A stretch of DNA of 64,000 nt, taken from Somniosus microcephalus. Taxonomy: Eukaryota. Shown one piece after another: positions 13,201 to 23,900 of the stretch (its first letter is position 1; each line of letters starts with the position of its first letter). The translations under genes were made by a program, and so were the position numbers. The stretch is taken from the NCBI GenBank assembly GCA_052327205.1, contig CM126209.1:45570001-45634000 (forward strand), given 5' to 3'. The notes below the pieces were generated by a model. The model was not told where the DNA came from and ran no database searches. It saw only the letters and a list, made by a program, of their open reading frames with translations.

Positions 13201-14235
13201 CTCTGATGGCCACAGGTTCGCCGGTATACGTCTTTAGCACAATGTTTGTTGGCTGAAGGGTAAGATGCTTTAGCATTTTGTTGCAGTGTCTGAAACAAGG
13301 GACACAGCCGCGCCTGTGTCCACCTCCACCCGCACTGATTGTCCCTCCACCAGTGGTGACACCCCAGTAAGCCATTTGAACCACCTGCAACCGTCAGTAT
13401 GTGCACCTCTTCCTCCTCAGAGGTGTCGCTCCCCTCTGTTTGCTTGTTCCATCATACTGCACTGAATGAACACTCTTTTTCCTCTCTTGTCCAAATACAG
13501 ACATTTTGCTTCCATGCTTCCCAGCTCTGTCTGCTCTTTTTCTACCTCTACAGGCGCGTTCAATGTGACCCTTTTTGCCACAATTTCGGCATTCCAGCTC
13601 CGTACACCAACAGTCATTAGCGTGATGGCCCGTTTTCCCCACAACGGTAACATGTGCCGTTCCGCGCACCTTTAGGCTTAGACGACACCTTGTGAACTCT
13701 CCCTGTTGAACTCAACTGGTGAGCCTCCTTTTCCGCCATCTCCATGGAGACACTAACTTCAATGGCCTTTTCAAGAGTAAGGTTGTCCTCAGTAAGAAGG
13801 CGCTTCTGTGTGGCTGCATTTTGCAGACCACACACAAGTCTGTCTCTAATGGTGTCATTCAGCACCTCCTTGAACTCGCAGTGTTCTGACAGCCTTTTTA
13901 AAGCAGCAATAAACATCGTCACTGATTCCCCCTCCTCTTGATTCCGTTTGTGAAATCTAAATCTCTCAGCAATAACCAGAGGTTTGTTTTGGTGAAAAAT
14001 GTGCTCCAAGAATTTCCACTAGTTGCTTATATGTTTTAGTTCCTGGCTTATCTGGCTGCACAAGGCTGCGAAGTAAATTGAATGTCTTCGGCCCCATTAC
14101 ACTCAAAAAGGTAGGCACGACCTTTTCGTTTGCCACCACATTCGCCAAGACAAAATAGTCAAAACGTTCCGTATAAGTGCCCCATTGCTCCACATTTTCA
14201 TCAAAATCACCGATGTTTCCTAATATAGTAGCCAT
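10266..14235 (-). pseudogene. Gypsy gag-pol polyprotein pseudogene
   Basis: Pieces in different frames: gag (14235-13617), CCHC knuckle CRNCGKKGHIERAC, protease VDTGAAVS (~13323-13300), RT with YLDD (12644-11955), RNase H and integrase (VHVDFAGP, SDNGPQF, NGQAERFVQT; 11958-10489), C-terminal RYPVRERRPPRRLDL. Confidence 0.93.
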
Positions 14236-14299
14236 CTCACGTTTTAAATTTAAATTTCTGTTTACTCACTGCACCCGTAACGTATGCAGATTCATCCGC

Positions 14300-14311
14300 T
14301 CCTCGTCGCCA
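14300..14311 (-). promoter_or_regulatory. Primer-binding site, probably tRNA-Ser(GCU)
   Basis: Minus strand TGGCGACGAGGA, 6 nt inside the 5' LTR, complementary to the recalled tRNA-Ser(GCU) 3' end ...UCCUCGUCGCCA. Confidence 0.8.
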
Positions 14312-14317
14312 CTTTAT

Positions 14318-14517
14318 TGTGTCGGTACCTTTTTACCTAGACACAATTAGAACTCAGAACTCAGAGATTCAAACATGAAGTGCTTTATTCAGGAAGGAAA
14401 GGAGAGTTCTGGCGAGTTCTGAACAAAGAGAGCTAAACTTAACCAGGAGAACACCCAACTATTTATCTGCTGTGACAGCGCCACCACAGGTGGGAGGAGA
14501 ACACACAATACATAACA
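14318..14517 (-). repeat. 5' LTR of the Gypsy element
   Basis: Direct repeat of 9910-10109 with 4 substitutions by eye; adjacent to the PBS. Confidence 0.95.
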
Positions 14518-15239
14518 ATATACCCATCTATTAGGGAGGTGAATACTGGAAGATATTAATTCTATCTATGCTGGAGGAAGTCAAACCAAACATCATGTCC
14601 TGGGATACAAAAAGCATACCTTTTGGATTATGACCCAATAGAGAGTGCAGTGAAAGGTGCGATTTTGACCTCCGGAATTGCTGTTTGTCATTTGATAAAT
14701 AAACCCATCTTACCCATCATTAGCTACTGTTGGGCAAAGATTTGGCTTGGTTCTATGTTAGCCCATACAGTACTATTCATTGTCCTGAAGCACTTCCTGG
14801 TTTTGATCCAATTTTTGCAATAAGGATTGACCAACTTCATCCATGAGGTGACCATATCAATCTTCACAAACTAGGCTGCTGGTCGTAAAGTAGGTCTTTA
14901 AAGATAGTTTTCAGTTGCTCGCACCTTGAAAATGGATACTGGTCCAATTAGTGAGAAAGGATTAAAATCTATCTATCTTCTTATTTATACATATATAAAA
15001 CAGGATCGTTCTGTCTGTCTGTCTGTCCTGCGGTGTGTCTGTCCGGCTATACACTCTAAAGTTATAGAGCGTACCTACACGTGCATTACATCAAAAGAAA
15101 GCTTACGATTCCGGAACGGTCATAAGCGTATTTACGTTTTGGCGAGACAAAAATTGCCGCGGTATCCAAAAAACGTTCAAAATTCCGCTCATTATCCGCT
15201 CATTAGCATAGAGTCACAGCATAGAGTGATATTAAGGTC

Positions 15240-15440
15240 AACCAATCGTACGGTCGAGCGACCCGATGGTCGACCAATCGCTGCGTGGTGGGGGCGGGTT
15301 CGTCGCGCGTGCGGGCCCTCCTAGAGTCGAGCGACAGGACGATTGACCAATTCTACGCTTCGGTGACAGGACGATTGACCAATCGGTGCGTGTGTGGGCG
15401 GGCCTTATCGTTCTGAACCGAGGTGAGTAGCCGCCATCTT
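15240..15440 (+). promoter_or_regulatory. Promoter-like module: four CCAAT boxes, two GC boxes, splice donor, YY1 motif
   Basis: CCAAT at 15242, 15274, 15347, 15379; GGGGCGGG ~15291 and GGGCGGG ~15396; GAG|GTGAGT at 15423; GCCGCCATCTT 15430-15440. Motif evidence only. Confidence 0.5.
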
Positions 15441-15690
15441 GCTCCCATTCTTTTTCCCGCTTTCTGCGTGTTTCTTTTCAAATCTACATTTCCAGCAAAA
15501 AAAAATTGCTTTTATTAAACTGTTTTTAAAAAAAGTTCATTCATTTGTAAATATATTCTCGAACCTGATGATTCTTTTTCCTACCTTTCCCCGCTTTTGT
15601 AAGGCCTCAAAGCCTAGGCCTCTCCTGCCTAGCCACGCCCGACCTCCCTCACTCTCTCACACACTCTCAGTCAACACCAACCAGATCGCT

Positions 15691-15865
15691 CGCCGCCATC
15701 TTTGATCATGGCAGCACTTCAATGTGGGGAAACAACAGCGCCATATTTGATCCTGGCGGCATGACAAGTTCCTCCTGCCGCCATCTTTGATCATGGCGGC
15801 ACTTCAATGTGGGCCCGAACAGCGCCATCTTTGATCATGGCGGCACTTCAATGTGGGAAACAACA
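15691..15865. repeat. Four tandem palindromic units (G)CCGCCATCTTTGATCATGGCGGC, each containing inverted YY1-like half sites
   Basis: Directly visible; three of the units are followed by ACTTCAATGTGGG. Confidence 0.8.
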
Positions 15866-16039
15866 GTTCCATCTCCAGTCTGGGCTGCCCGGTTTCTTCC
15901 TCCTTCCCTCACACTCTCCTTCCCCCTCCCCTCCCTCCCCCCCTCCTTCCCCCCCTCCTCCCCCCTCCTTCCCCCCTTCCTCCCCCCCTCCCCTTCCTCC
16001 CCTCCTCCTCCCCTTCCTCCCCCCTCCCCTTCCTCCCCC

Positions 16040-19000
16040 TTCCCCCCCCAGTCGCGCTCTCTCTTCCCCGCCAGTCGCGCTCTCTCTTTCCCCCCCCAGT
16101 CGCTCTCTCTCTTCCCCCCCAGTCACGCTCTCTCTTCCCCCCCCAGTCGCTCTCTCTTCCCCCCCAGTCGCTCTCTCTTCCCCCCCAGTCGCTCTCTCTT
16201 CCCCCCCAGTCGCTCTCTCTTCCCCCCCAGTCGCTCTCTCTTCCCCCCCAGTCGCTCTCTCTTCCCCCCCAGTCGCTCTCTCTTCCCCCCCCAGTCGCTC
16301 TCTCTTCCCCCCCCAGTCGCTCTCTCTCTTCCCCCCCCCAGTCGCTCTCTCTCTTCCCCCCCCAGTCGCTCTCTCTCTTCCCCCCCCCAGTCGCTCTCTC
16401 TCTTCCCCCCCCCAGTCGCTCTCTCTCTTCCCCCCCCCAGTCGCTCTCTCTCTTCCCCCCCCCCAGTCGCTCTCTCTCTTCCCCCCCCCAGTCGCTCTCT
16501 CTCTTCCCCCCCCAGTCGCTCTCTCTCTTCCCCCCAGTCGCGCTCTCTCTTCCCCCCAGTCGCGCTCTCTCTTCCCCCCAGTCGCGCTCTCTCTTCCCCC
16601 CAGTCGCGCTCTCTCTTCCCCCAGTCGCGCTCTCTCTTCCCCCCAGTCGCTCTCTCTCTTCCCCCCAGTCGCTCTCTCTCTTCCCCCAGTCGCTCTCTCT
16701 CTTCCCCCAGTCGCTCTCTCTCTTCCCCCCAGTCGCTCTCTCTCTGCCCCCCAGTCGCTCTCCCTCTTCCCCCCAGTCGCTCTCCCTCTTCCCCCCAGTC
16801 GCTCTCCCTCTTCCCCCCAGTCGCTCTCCCTCTTCCCCCCAGTCGCTCTCCCTCTTCCCCCCAGTCGCTCTCCCTCTTCCCCCCAGTCGCTCTCCCTCTT
16901 CCCCCCAGTCGCTCTCCCTCTTCCCCCCAGTCGCTCTCCCTCTTCCCCCCAGTCGCTCTCCCTCTTCCCCCCAGTCGCTCTCCCTCTTCCCCCCAGTCGC
17001 TCTCCCTCTTCCCCCCAGTCGCTCTCCCTCTTCCCCCCAGTCGCTCTCCCTCTTCCCCCCAGTCGCTCTCCCTCTTCCCCCCAGTCGCTCTCCCCTCTTC
17101 CCCCCAGTCGCTCTCTCTCTTCCCCCAGTCGCTCTCTCTCTCTCCCCCCCCAGTCGCTCTCTCTCTCCCCCCCAGTCGCGCTCTCTCTTCCCCCCCCAGT
17201 CGCTCTCTCTTGCCCCCAGTCGCTCTCTCTTGCCCCCAGTCGCTCTCTCTCTTCCGCCCAGTCGCGCTCTCTCTTCTCAGTCGCTCTCTCTCTTCCCCCC
17301 AGTCGCGCTCTCCTCCCCCCAGTCGCGCTCTCCTCCCCCCAGTCGCGCTCTCTTCCCCCCAGTCGCGCTCTCTTCCCCCCAGTCGCGCTCTCTTCCCCCC
17401 AGTCGCGCTCTCTTCCCCCCAGTCGCGCTCTCTTCCCCCCCAGTCGCGCTCTCTTCCCCCCAGTCGCGCTCTCTTCCCCCCAGTCGCGCTCTCTTCCCCC
17501 CAGTCGCGCTCTCTTCCCCCCAGTCGCGCTCTCTTCCCCCCAGTCGCGCTCTCTTCCCCCCAGTCGCGCTCTCTTCCCCCCAGTCGCGCTCTCTTCCCCC
17601 CAGTCGCGCTCTCTTCCCCCCAGTCGCGCTCTCTTCCCCCCAGTCGCGCTCTCTTCCCCCCAGTCGCGCTCTCTTCCCCCCAGTCGCGCTCTCTTCCCCC
17701 CAGTCGCGCTCTCTTCCCCCCCAGTCGCGCTCTCTTCCCCCCAGTCGCGCTCTCTTCCCCCCAGTCGCGCTCTCTTCCCCCCAGTCGCGCTCTCTTCCCC
17801 CCAGTCGCGCTCTCTTCCCCCCAGTCGCGCTCTCTTCCCCCAGTCGCGCTCTCTTCCCCCCAGTTCGCGCTCTCTTCCCCCCAGTCGCGCTCTCTTCCCC
17901 CAGTCGCGCTCTCTTCCCCCCAGTCGCGCTCTCTTCCCCCAGTCGCGCTCTCTTCCCCCCAGTCGCGCTCTCTTCCCCCCAGTCGCGCTCTCTTCCCCCC
18001 AGTCGCGCTCTCTTCCCCCCAGTCGCGCTCTCTTCCCCCCAGTCGCGCTCTCTTCCCCCCAGTCGCGCTCTCTTCCCCCCAGTCGCGCTCTCTTCCCCCA
18101 GTCGCGCTCTCTTCCCCCAGTCGCGCTCTCTTCCCCCCAGTCGCGCTCTCTTCCCCCCAGTCGCGCTCTCTTCCCCCCAGTCGCGCTCTCTTCCCCCCAG
18201 TCGCGCTCTCTTCCCCCCAGTCGCGCTCTCTTCCCCCCAGTCGCGCTCTCTTCCCCCCAGTCGCGCTCTCTCTTCCCCCCAGTCGCGCTCTCTCTTCCCC
18301 CCAGTCGCGCTCTCTCTTCCCCCAGTCGCGCTCTCTCTTCCCCCCAGTCGCGCTCTCTCTTCCCCCAGTCGCGCTCTCTCTTCCCCCCAGTCGCGCTCTC
18401 TCTTCCCCCCAGTCGCGCGCTCTCTTCCCCCAGTCGCGCGCTCTCTTCCCCCCAGTCGCGCTCTCTCTTCCCCCAGTCGCGCTCTCTCTTCCCCCCCAGT
18501 CGCGCTCTCTCTTCCCCCCAGTCGCGCTCTCTCTTCCCCCCAGTCGCGCTCTCTCTTCCCCCCCAGTCGCGCTCTCTCTTCCCCCCAGTCGCGCTCTCTC
18601 TTCCCCCAGTCGCGCTCTCTCTTCCCGCCAGTCGCGCTCTCTCTCTTCCCCCGAGTCGCGCTCTCCCTCTTCCCCCGAGTCGCGCTCTCCCTCTTCCCCC
18701 GAGTCGCGCTCTCCCTCTTCCCCCGAGTCGCGCTCTCCCTCTTCCCCCGAGTCGCGCTCTCCCTCTTCCCCCGAGTCGCGCTCTCCCTCTTCCCCCGAGT
18801 CGCGCTCTCCCTCTTCCCCCGAGTCGCGCTCTCCCTCTTCCCCCGAGTCGCGCTCTCCCTCTTCCCCCCGAGTCGCGCTCTCCCTCTTCCCCCGAGTCGC
18901 GCTCTCCCTCTTCCCCCGAGTCGCGCTCTCCCTCTTCCCCCGAGTCGCGCTCTCCCTCTTCCCCCGAGTCGCGCTCTCCCTCTTCCCCCGAGTCGCGCTC

Positions 19001-19712
19001 TCCCTCTTCCCCCCGAGTCGCGCTCTCCCTCCTCCCCCGAGTCGCGCTCTCCCTCTTCCCCCGAGTCGCGCTCTCCCTCTTCCCCCGAGTCGCGCTCTCC
19101 CTCTTCCCCCGAGTCGCGCTCTCCCTCTTCCCCGAGTCGCGCTCTCCCTCATCCCCCGAGTCGCCCTCTCTCTCTTCCCCCGAGTCGCGCTCTCTCTCTT
19201 CCCCCGAGTCGCGCTCTCTCTCTTCCCCCGAGTCGCGCTCTCTCTCTTCCCCCGAGTCGCGCGCGCTCTCTTCCCCGAGTCGCGCGCTCTCTCTTCCCCC
19301 GAGTCGCGCGCTCCCTCTTCCCCCGAGTCGCGCGCTCCCTCTTCCCCCGAGTCGCGCGCTCCCTCTTCCCCCGAGTCGCGCGCTCCCTCTTCCCCCGAGT
19401 CGCGCGCTCCCTCTTCCCCCGAGTCGCGCGCTCCCTCTTCCCCCGAGTCGCGCGCTCCCTCTTCCCCCGAGTCGCGCGCTCCCTCTTCCCCCGAGTCGCG
19501 CTCCTCTCTCTCCCCCGAGTCGCGCTCTCCCTCTTCCCCCGAGTCGCGCTCTCCCTCTTCCCCCGAGTCGCGCTCTCCCTCTTCCCCCGAGTCGCGCGCT
19601 CCCTCTTCCCCCGAGTCGCGCGCTCCCTCTTCCCCCGAGTCGCGCGCTCTCTCTTCCCCCGAGTCGCGCGCTCTCTCTCTTTCCCCGCCCCCCCGTCCCC
19701 CCCCAGTCGCTC
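16040..19712. repeat. C-rich ~20-23 bp minisatellite, array 1 (C(A/GA)GTCGC(GC)TCTC..TTCCCCCC)
   Basis: Uninterrupted tandem units with blockwise variants; preceded by a pure polypyrimidine stretch at ~15895-16049. Confidence 0.98.
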
Positions 19713-19993
19713 TGTCTTCCAACAACAACATGCCCTCGAAAAAGCCTCAGCACCCGCCGGACACTCCAGCTAGTCTATATATAAAAGCGGTACTTCTGTC
19801 TGTCTGTCCGGCTATACACTCAAAAGTTAAAGAGCGTACCTACATGTGCGTTACATCAAAAGAAAGCTTACGATTCCAGAATGGTCGTAAGTGTATTTAC
19901 GTTTTGGTGAGACAAAAATTGCGGCCGCGGTATCCAAAAAACTTTCAAAATTCCGCTCATTATCTGCTCATTAGCATCGAGTACGTCGAGGTC

Positions 19994-20190
19994 GACCAAT
20001 CGTACGGTCGAGCGACCCGACGGTCGACCAATCGCTGCGTCGCCGGGGCGGGTTCGTCGCGCGTGCCCTCCTAGAGTCGAGTGACAGGACGATTGACCAA
20101 TCCTACGCTTCAGTGACATGACGGTTGACCAATCGGTGCGTGTGTGGGCGGGCCTTATCCTTCTGAACCGAGGTGTGTGGCCGCCATCTT
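19994..20190 (+). promoter_or_regulatory. Second copy of the promoter-like module
   Basis: CCAAT at 19996, 20028, 20097, 20129; GC boxes; GAG|GTGTGT at 20173; GCCGCCATCTT 20180-20190. Confidence 0.5.
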
Positions 20191-20926
20191 GATTCCAAAA
20201 CTGTTCATTTCTTTTTCCCACTTTCTGCGTGTTTCTTTTCAAATCTACATTTAGAGCAAAAAAAAATTGCTTTTATTAAATTGTTTTAAAAAAAGTTAAT
20301 TCATTTGTAAATATTTTCTCTAACCTGATTCTTTTTCCTACCTTTCCCCGTTTTTGTAAGGCCTCAAAGCCTCGCCATCTTCTGCCCAGCCACGCCCGCG
20401 CTAGGTAATTGTCCCACGGCTTGTGGAAAGCTCCTCACCCCCCGCCCCCAGTCTCCCCTGTCACGTTACCCGGGGCAACGGCGTCGGCCGCGAGGGACAC
20501 GGGACATGCACAGGGTGCGCGCGCAGCAGGCGACACACACAAGTCCGAGGCACAGAGCCCGGGAAGCCAGCAGGTGAGATGCGGCGTCTCTCTCCCCCGC
20601 CCGGCGGTTTTGAAGCCGGCTCGGGAGAGCGGGGGGCGGGGCTCGGGGCTCGGGAGTGCGGGGCAGGGCGGCCGGGGCTCAGGAGTGCGGGGCGGGGCGG
20701 CCGGGACTCGGGAGGGCGGGGGCTCGGAAGGCGGGGGAGGGGTTATCCCGCCAACCAGGCCTGGCCGTCTCTCACACCCTCAAGCTGTCTCACGCCTGTT
20801 CCCGGGACTTGGCTCCATTTGCACCCGCGGGCCACTCGCCCTCTCTCTCTCCTTCCCTCTGTGTCTCTCTCTCCTCTCCCCCCCTCCCCTTCTCTCCCCC
20901 CCTCCTCCCCTCCCGCCCTCCCCCGT

Positions 20927-23900
20927 CCCAGTCGCGCGCTCTCTTCCCCCCAAGTCGCGCTCTCTTCCCCCACCCCAGTCGCGCTTTCTCTTCCCCCCAC
21001 AGTCGCGCTCTCTCTTCCCCCCCAGTCGCGCTCTCTCTTCCCCCCCAGTCGCGCTCTCTCTTCCCCCCCAGTCGCGCTCTCTCTTCCCCCCCAGTCGCGC
21101 TCTCTCTTCCCCCCAGTCGCGCTCTCTCTTCCCCCCCAGTCGCGCTCTCTCTTCCCCCCCAGTCGCGCTCTCTCTTCCCCCCCAGTCGCGCTCTCTCTTC
21201 CCCCCAGTCGCGCTCTCTCTCTTCCCCCCCAGTCGCGGCTCTCTCTTCCCCCCCAGTCGCGCTCTCTCTTCCCCCCCAGTCGCGCTCTCTCTTCCCCCCA
21301 GTCGCGCTCTCTCTTCCCCCCCAGTCGCGCTCTCTTCTTCCCCCCCAGTCCGCGCTCTCTCTTCCCCCCCAGTCGCGCTCTCTCTTCCCCCCCAGTCGCG
21401 CTCTCTCTTCCCCCCCAGTCGCGCTCTCTCTTCCCCCCCAGTCGCGCTCTCTCTTCCCCCCCAGTCGCGCTCTCTCTTCCCCCCCAGTCGCGCTCTCTCT
21501 TCCCCCCCAGTCGCGCTCTCTCTTCCCCCCCAGTCGCGCTCTCTCTTCCCCCCCAGTCGCGCTCTCTCTTCCCCCCCAGTCGCGCTCTCCTCTTCCCCCC
21601 CAGTCGCGCTCTCTCTTCCCCCCCAGTCGCGCTCTCTCTTCCCCCCCCAGTCGCGCTCTCTCTTCCCCCCCAGTCGCGCTCTCTCTTCCCCCCAGTCGCG
21701 CTCTCTCTTCCCCCCAGTCGCGCTCTCATCTTCCCCCCCCAGTCGCGCTCTCTCTTCCCCCCCCTAGTCGCGCTCTCTCTTCCCCCCAGTCGCGCTCTCT
21801 CTCTTCCCCCCCAGTCGCGCTCTCTCTTCCCCCCAGTCGCGCTCTCTCTTCCCCCCCAGTCGCGCTCTCTCTTCCCCCCCAGTCGCGCTCTCTCTTCCCC
21901 CCAGTCGCGCTCTCTCTTCCCCCCCAGTCGCGCTCTCCTCTTCCCCCCCAGTCGCGCTCTCTCTTCCCCCCCAGTCGCGCTCTCTCTTCCCCCCAGTCGC
22001 GCTCTCTCTCCCCCCCAGTCGCGCTCTCCTTCCCCCCAGTCGCGCTCTCTTCCCCCCCAGTCGCGCTCTCTTCCCCCCCCAGTCGCGCTCTCTCTTCCCC
22101 CCCAGTCGCGCTCTCTCTTCCCCCCCAGTCGCGCTCTCTCTTCCCCCCCAGTCGCGCTCTCTCTTCCCCCCCAGTCGCGCTCTCTCTTCCCCCCCAGTCG
22201 CGCTCTCTTCGGTTCTCCCCCCCAGTCGCGCTCTCTCTTCCCCCCAGTCGCGCTCTCTCTTCCCCCCCAGTCGCGCTCTCTCTTCCCCCCCAGTCGCGCT
22301 CTCTCTTCCCCCCAGTCGCGCTCTCTCTTCCCCCCCAGTCGCGCTCTCTCTTCCCCCCCCAGTCGCGCTCTCTCTTCCCCCCCAGTCGCGCTCTCTCTTC
22401 CCCCCCAGTCGCGCTCTCTCTTCCCCCCCAGTCGCGCTCTCTCTTCCCCCCCAGTCGCGCTCTCTCTTCCCCCCCAGTCGCGCTCTCTCTTCCCCCCCAG
22501 TCGCGCTCTCTCTTCCCCCCAGTCGCGCTCTCTCTTCCCCCCCAGTCGCGCTCTCTCTTCCCCCCCCAGTCGCGCTCTCTCTTCCCCCCCAGTCGCGCTC
22601 TCTCTTCCCCCCCAGTCGCGCTCTCTCTTCCCCCCCAGTCGCGCTCTCTCTTCCCCCCCCAGTCGCGCTCTCTCTTCCCCCCCAGTCGCGCTCTCTCTTC
22701 CCCCCCAGTCGCGCTCTCTCTTCCCCCCAGTCGCGCTCTCTCTTCCCCCCCAGTCGCGCTCTCTCTTCCCCCCCAGTCGCGCTCTCTCTTCCCCCCCAGT
22801 CGCGCTCTCTCTTCCCCCCCAGTCGCGCTCTCTCTTCCCCCCCAGTCGCGCTCTCTCTTCCCCCCCAGTCGCGCTCTCTCTTCCCCCCAGTCGCGCTCTC
22901 TCTTCCCCCCCCAGTCGCGCTCTCTCTTCCCCCCAGTCGCGCTCTCTCTTCCCCCCCAGTCGCGCTCTCTCTTCCCCCCCAGTCGCGCTCTCTCTTCCCC
23001 CCAGTCGCGCTCTCTCTCCCCCCAGTCGCGCTCTCTCTTCCCCCCCAGTCGCGCTCTCTCTTCCCCCCCAGTCGCGCTCTCTCTTCCCCCCCAGTCGCGC
23101 TCTCTCTTCCCCCCCAGTCGCGCTCTCTCTTCCCCCCAGTCGCGCTCTCTCTTCCCCCCAGTCGCGCTCTCTCTTCCCCCCCAGTCGCGCTCTCTCTTCC
23201 CCCCCAGTCGCGCTCTCTCTTCCCCCCCAGTCGCGCTCTCTCTTCCCCCCAGTCGCGCTCTCTCTTCCCCCCCCAGTCGCGCTCTCTCTTCCCCCCCAGT
23301 CGCGCTCTCTCTTCCCCCCCAGTCGCGCTCTCTCTTCCCCCCCAGTCGCGCTCTCTCTTCCCCCCCAGTCGCGCTCTCTCTTCCCCCCAGTCGCGCTCTC
23401 TCTTCCCCCCCCAGTCGCGCTCTCTCTTCCCCCCCAGTCGCGCTCTCTCTTCCCCCCCAGTCGCGCTCTCTCTTCCCCCCCAGTCGCGCTCTCTCTTCCC
23501 CCCCAGTCGCGCTCTCTCTTCCCCCCCAGTCGCGCTCTCTCTTCCCCCCCAGTCGCGCTCTCTCTTCCCCCCCAGTCGCGCTCTCTCTTCCCCCCAGTCG
23601 CGCTCTCTCTTCCCCCCCAGTCGCGCTCTCTCTTCCCCCCAGTCGCGCTCTCTCTTCCCCCCCAGTCGCGCTCTCTCTTCCCCCCCAGTCGCGCTCTCTC
23701 TTCCCCCCCAGTCGCGCTCTCTCTTCCCCCCCAGTCGCGCTCTCTCTTCCCCCCAGTCGCGCTCTCTCTTCCCCCCCAGTCGCGCGCTCTCTTCCCCCCC
23801 AGTCGCGCGCTCTCTTCCCCCCCAGTCGCGCGCTCTCTTCCCCCCCAGTCGCGCTCTCTCTTCCCCCCCAGTCGCGCTCTCTCTTCCCCCCCAGTCGCGC

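Larger units (their letters stand above)
9910..14517 (-). mobile_element. Full-length Gypsy/Ty3 LTR retrotransposon (frameshifted gag-pol)
   Basis: 200-bp TG..CA LTRs at 9910-10109 and 14318-14517; ATAT TSD (9906-9909, 14518-14521); PBS and PPT present; domain order gag/zinc knuckle - protease - RT - RNase H - integrase, as in Gypsy. Confidence 0.97.
14968..19773 (+). mobile_element. Non-autonomous Helitron-like element, copy 1, with internal minisatellite
   Basis: Starts A|TCTATC...ATATATAAAA and ends with a degenerate GC hairpin then ctccagCTAG. The 5' ~650 bp and 3' ~60 bp are homologous to copy 2. No TIR or TSD. Confidence 0.8.
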
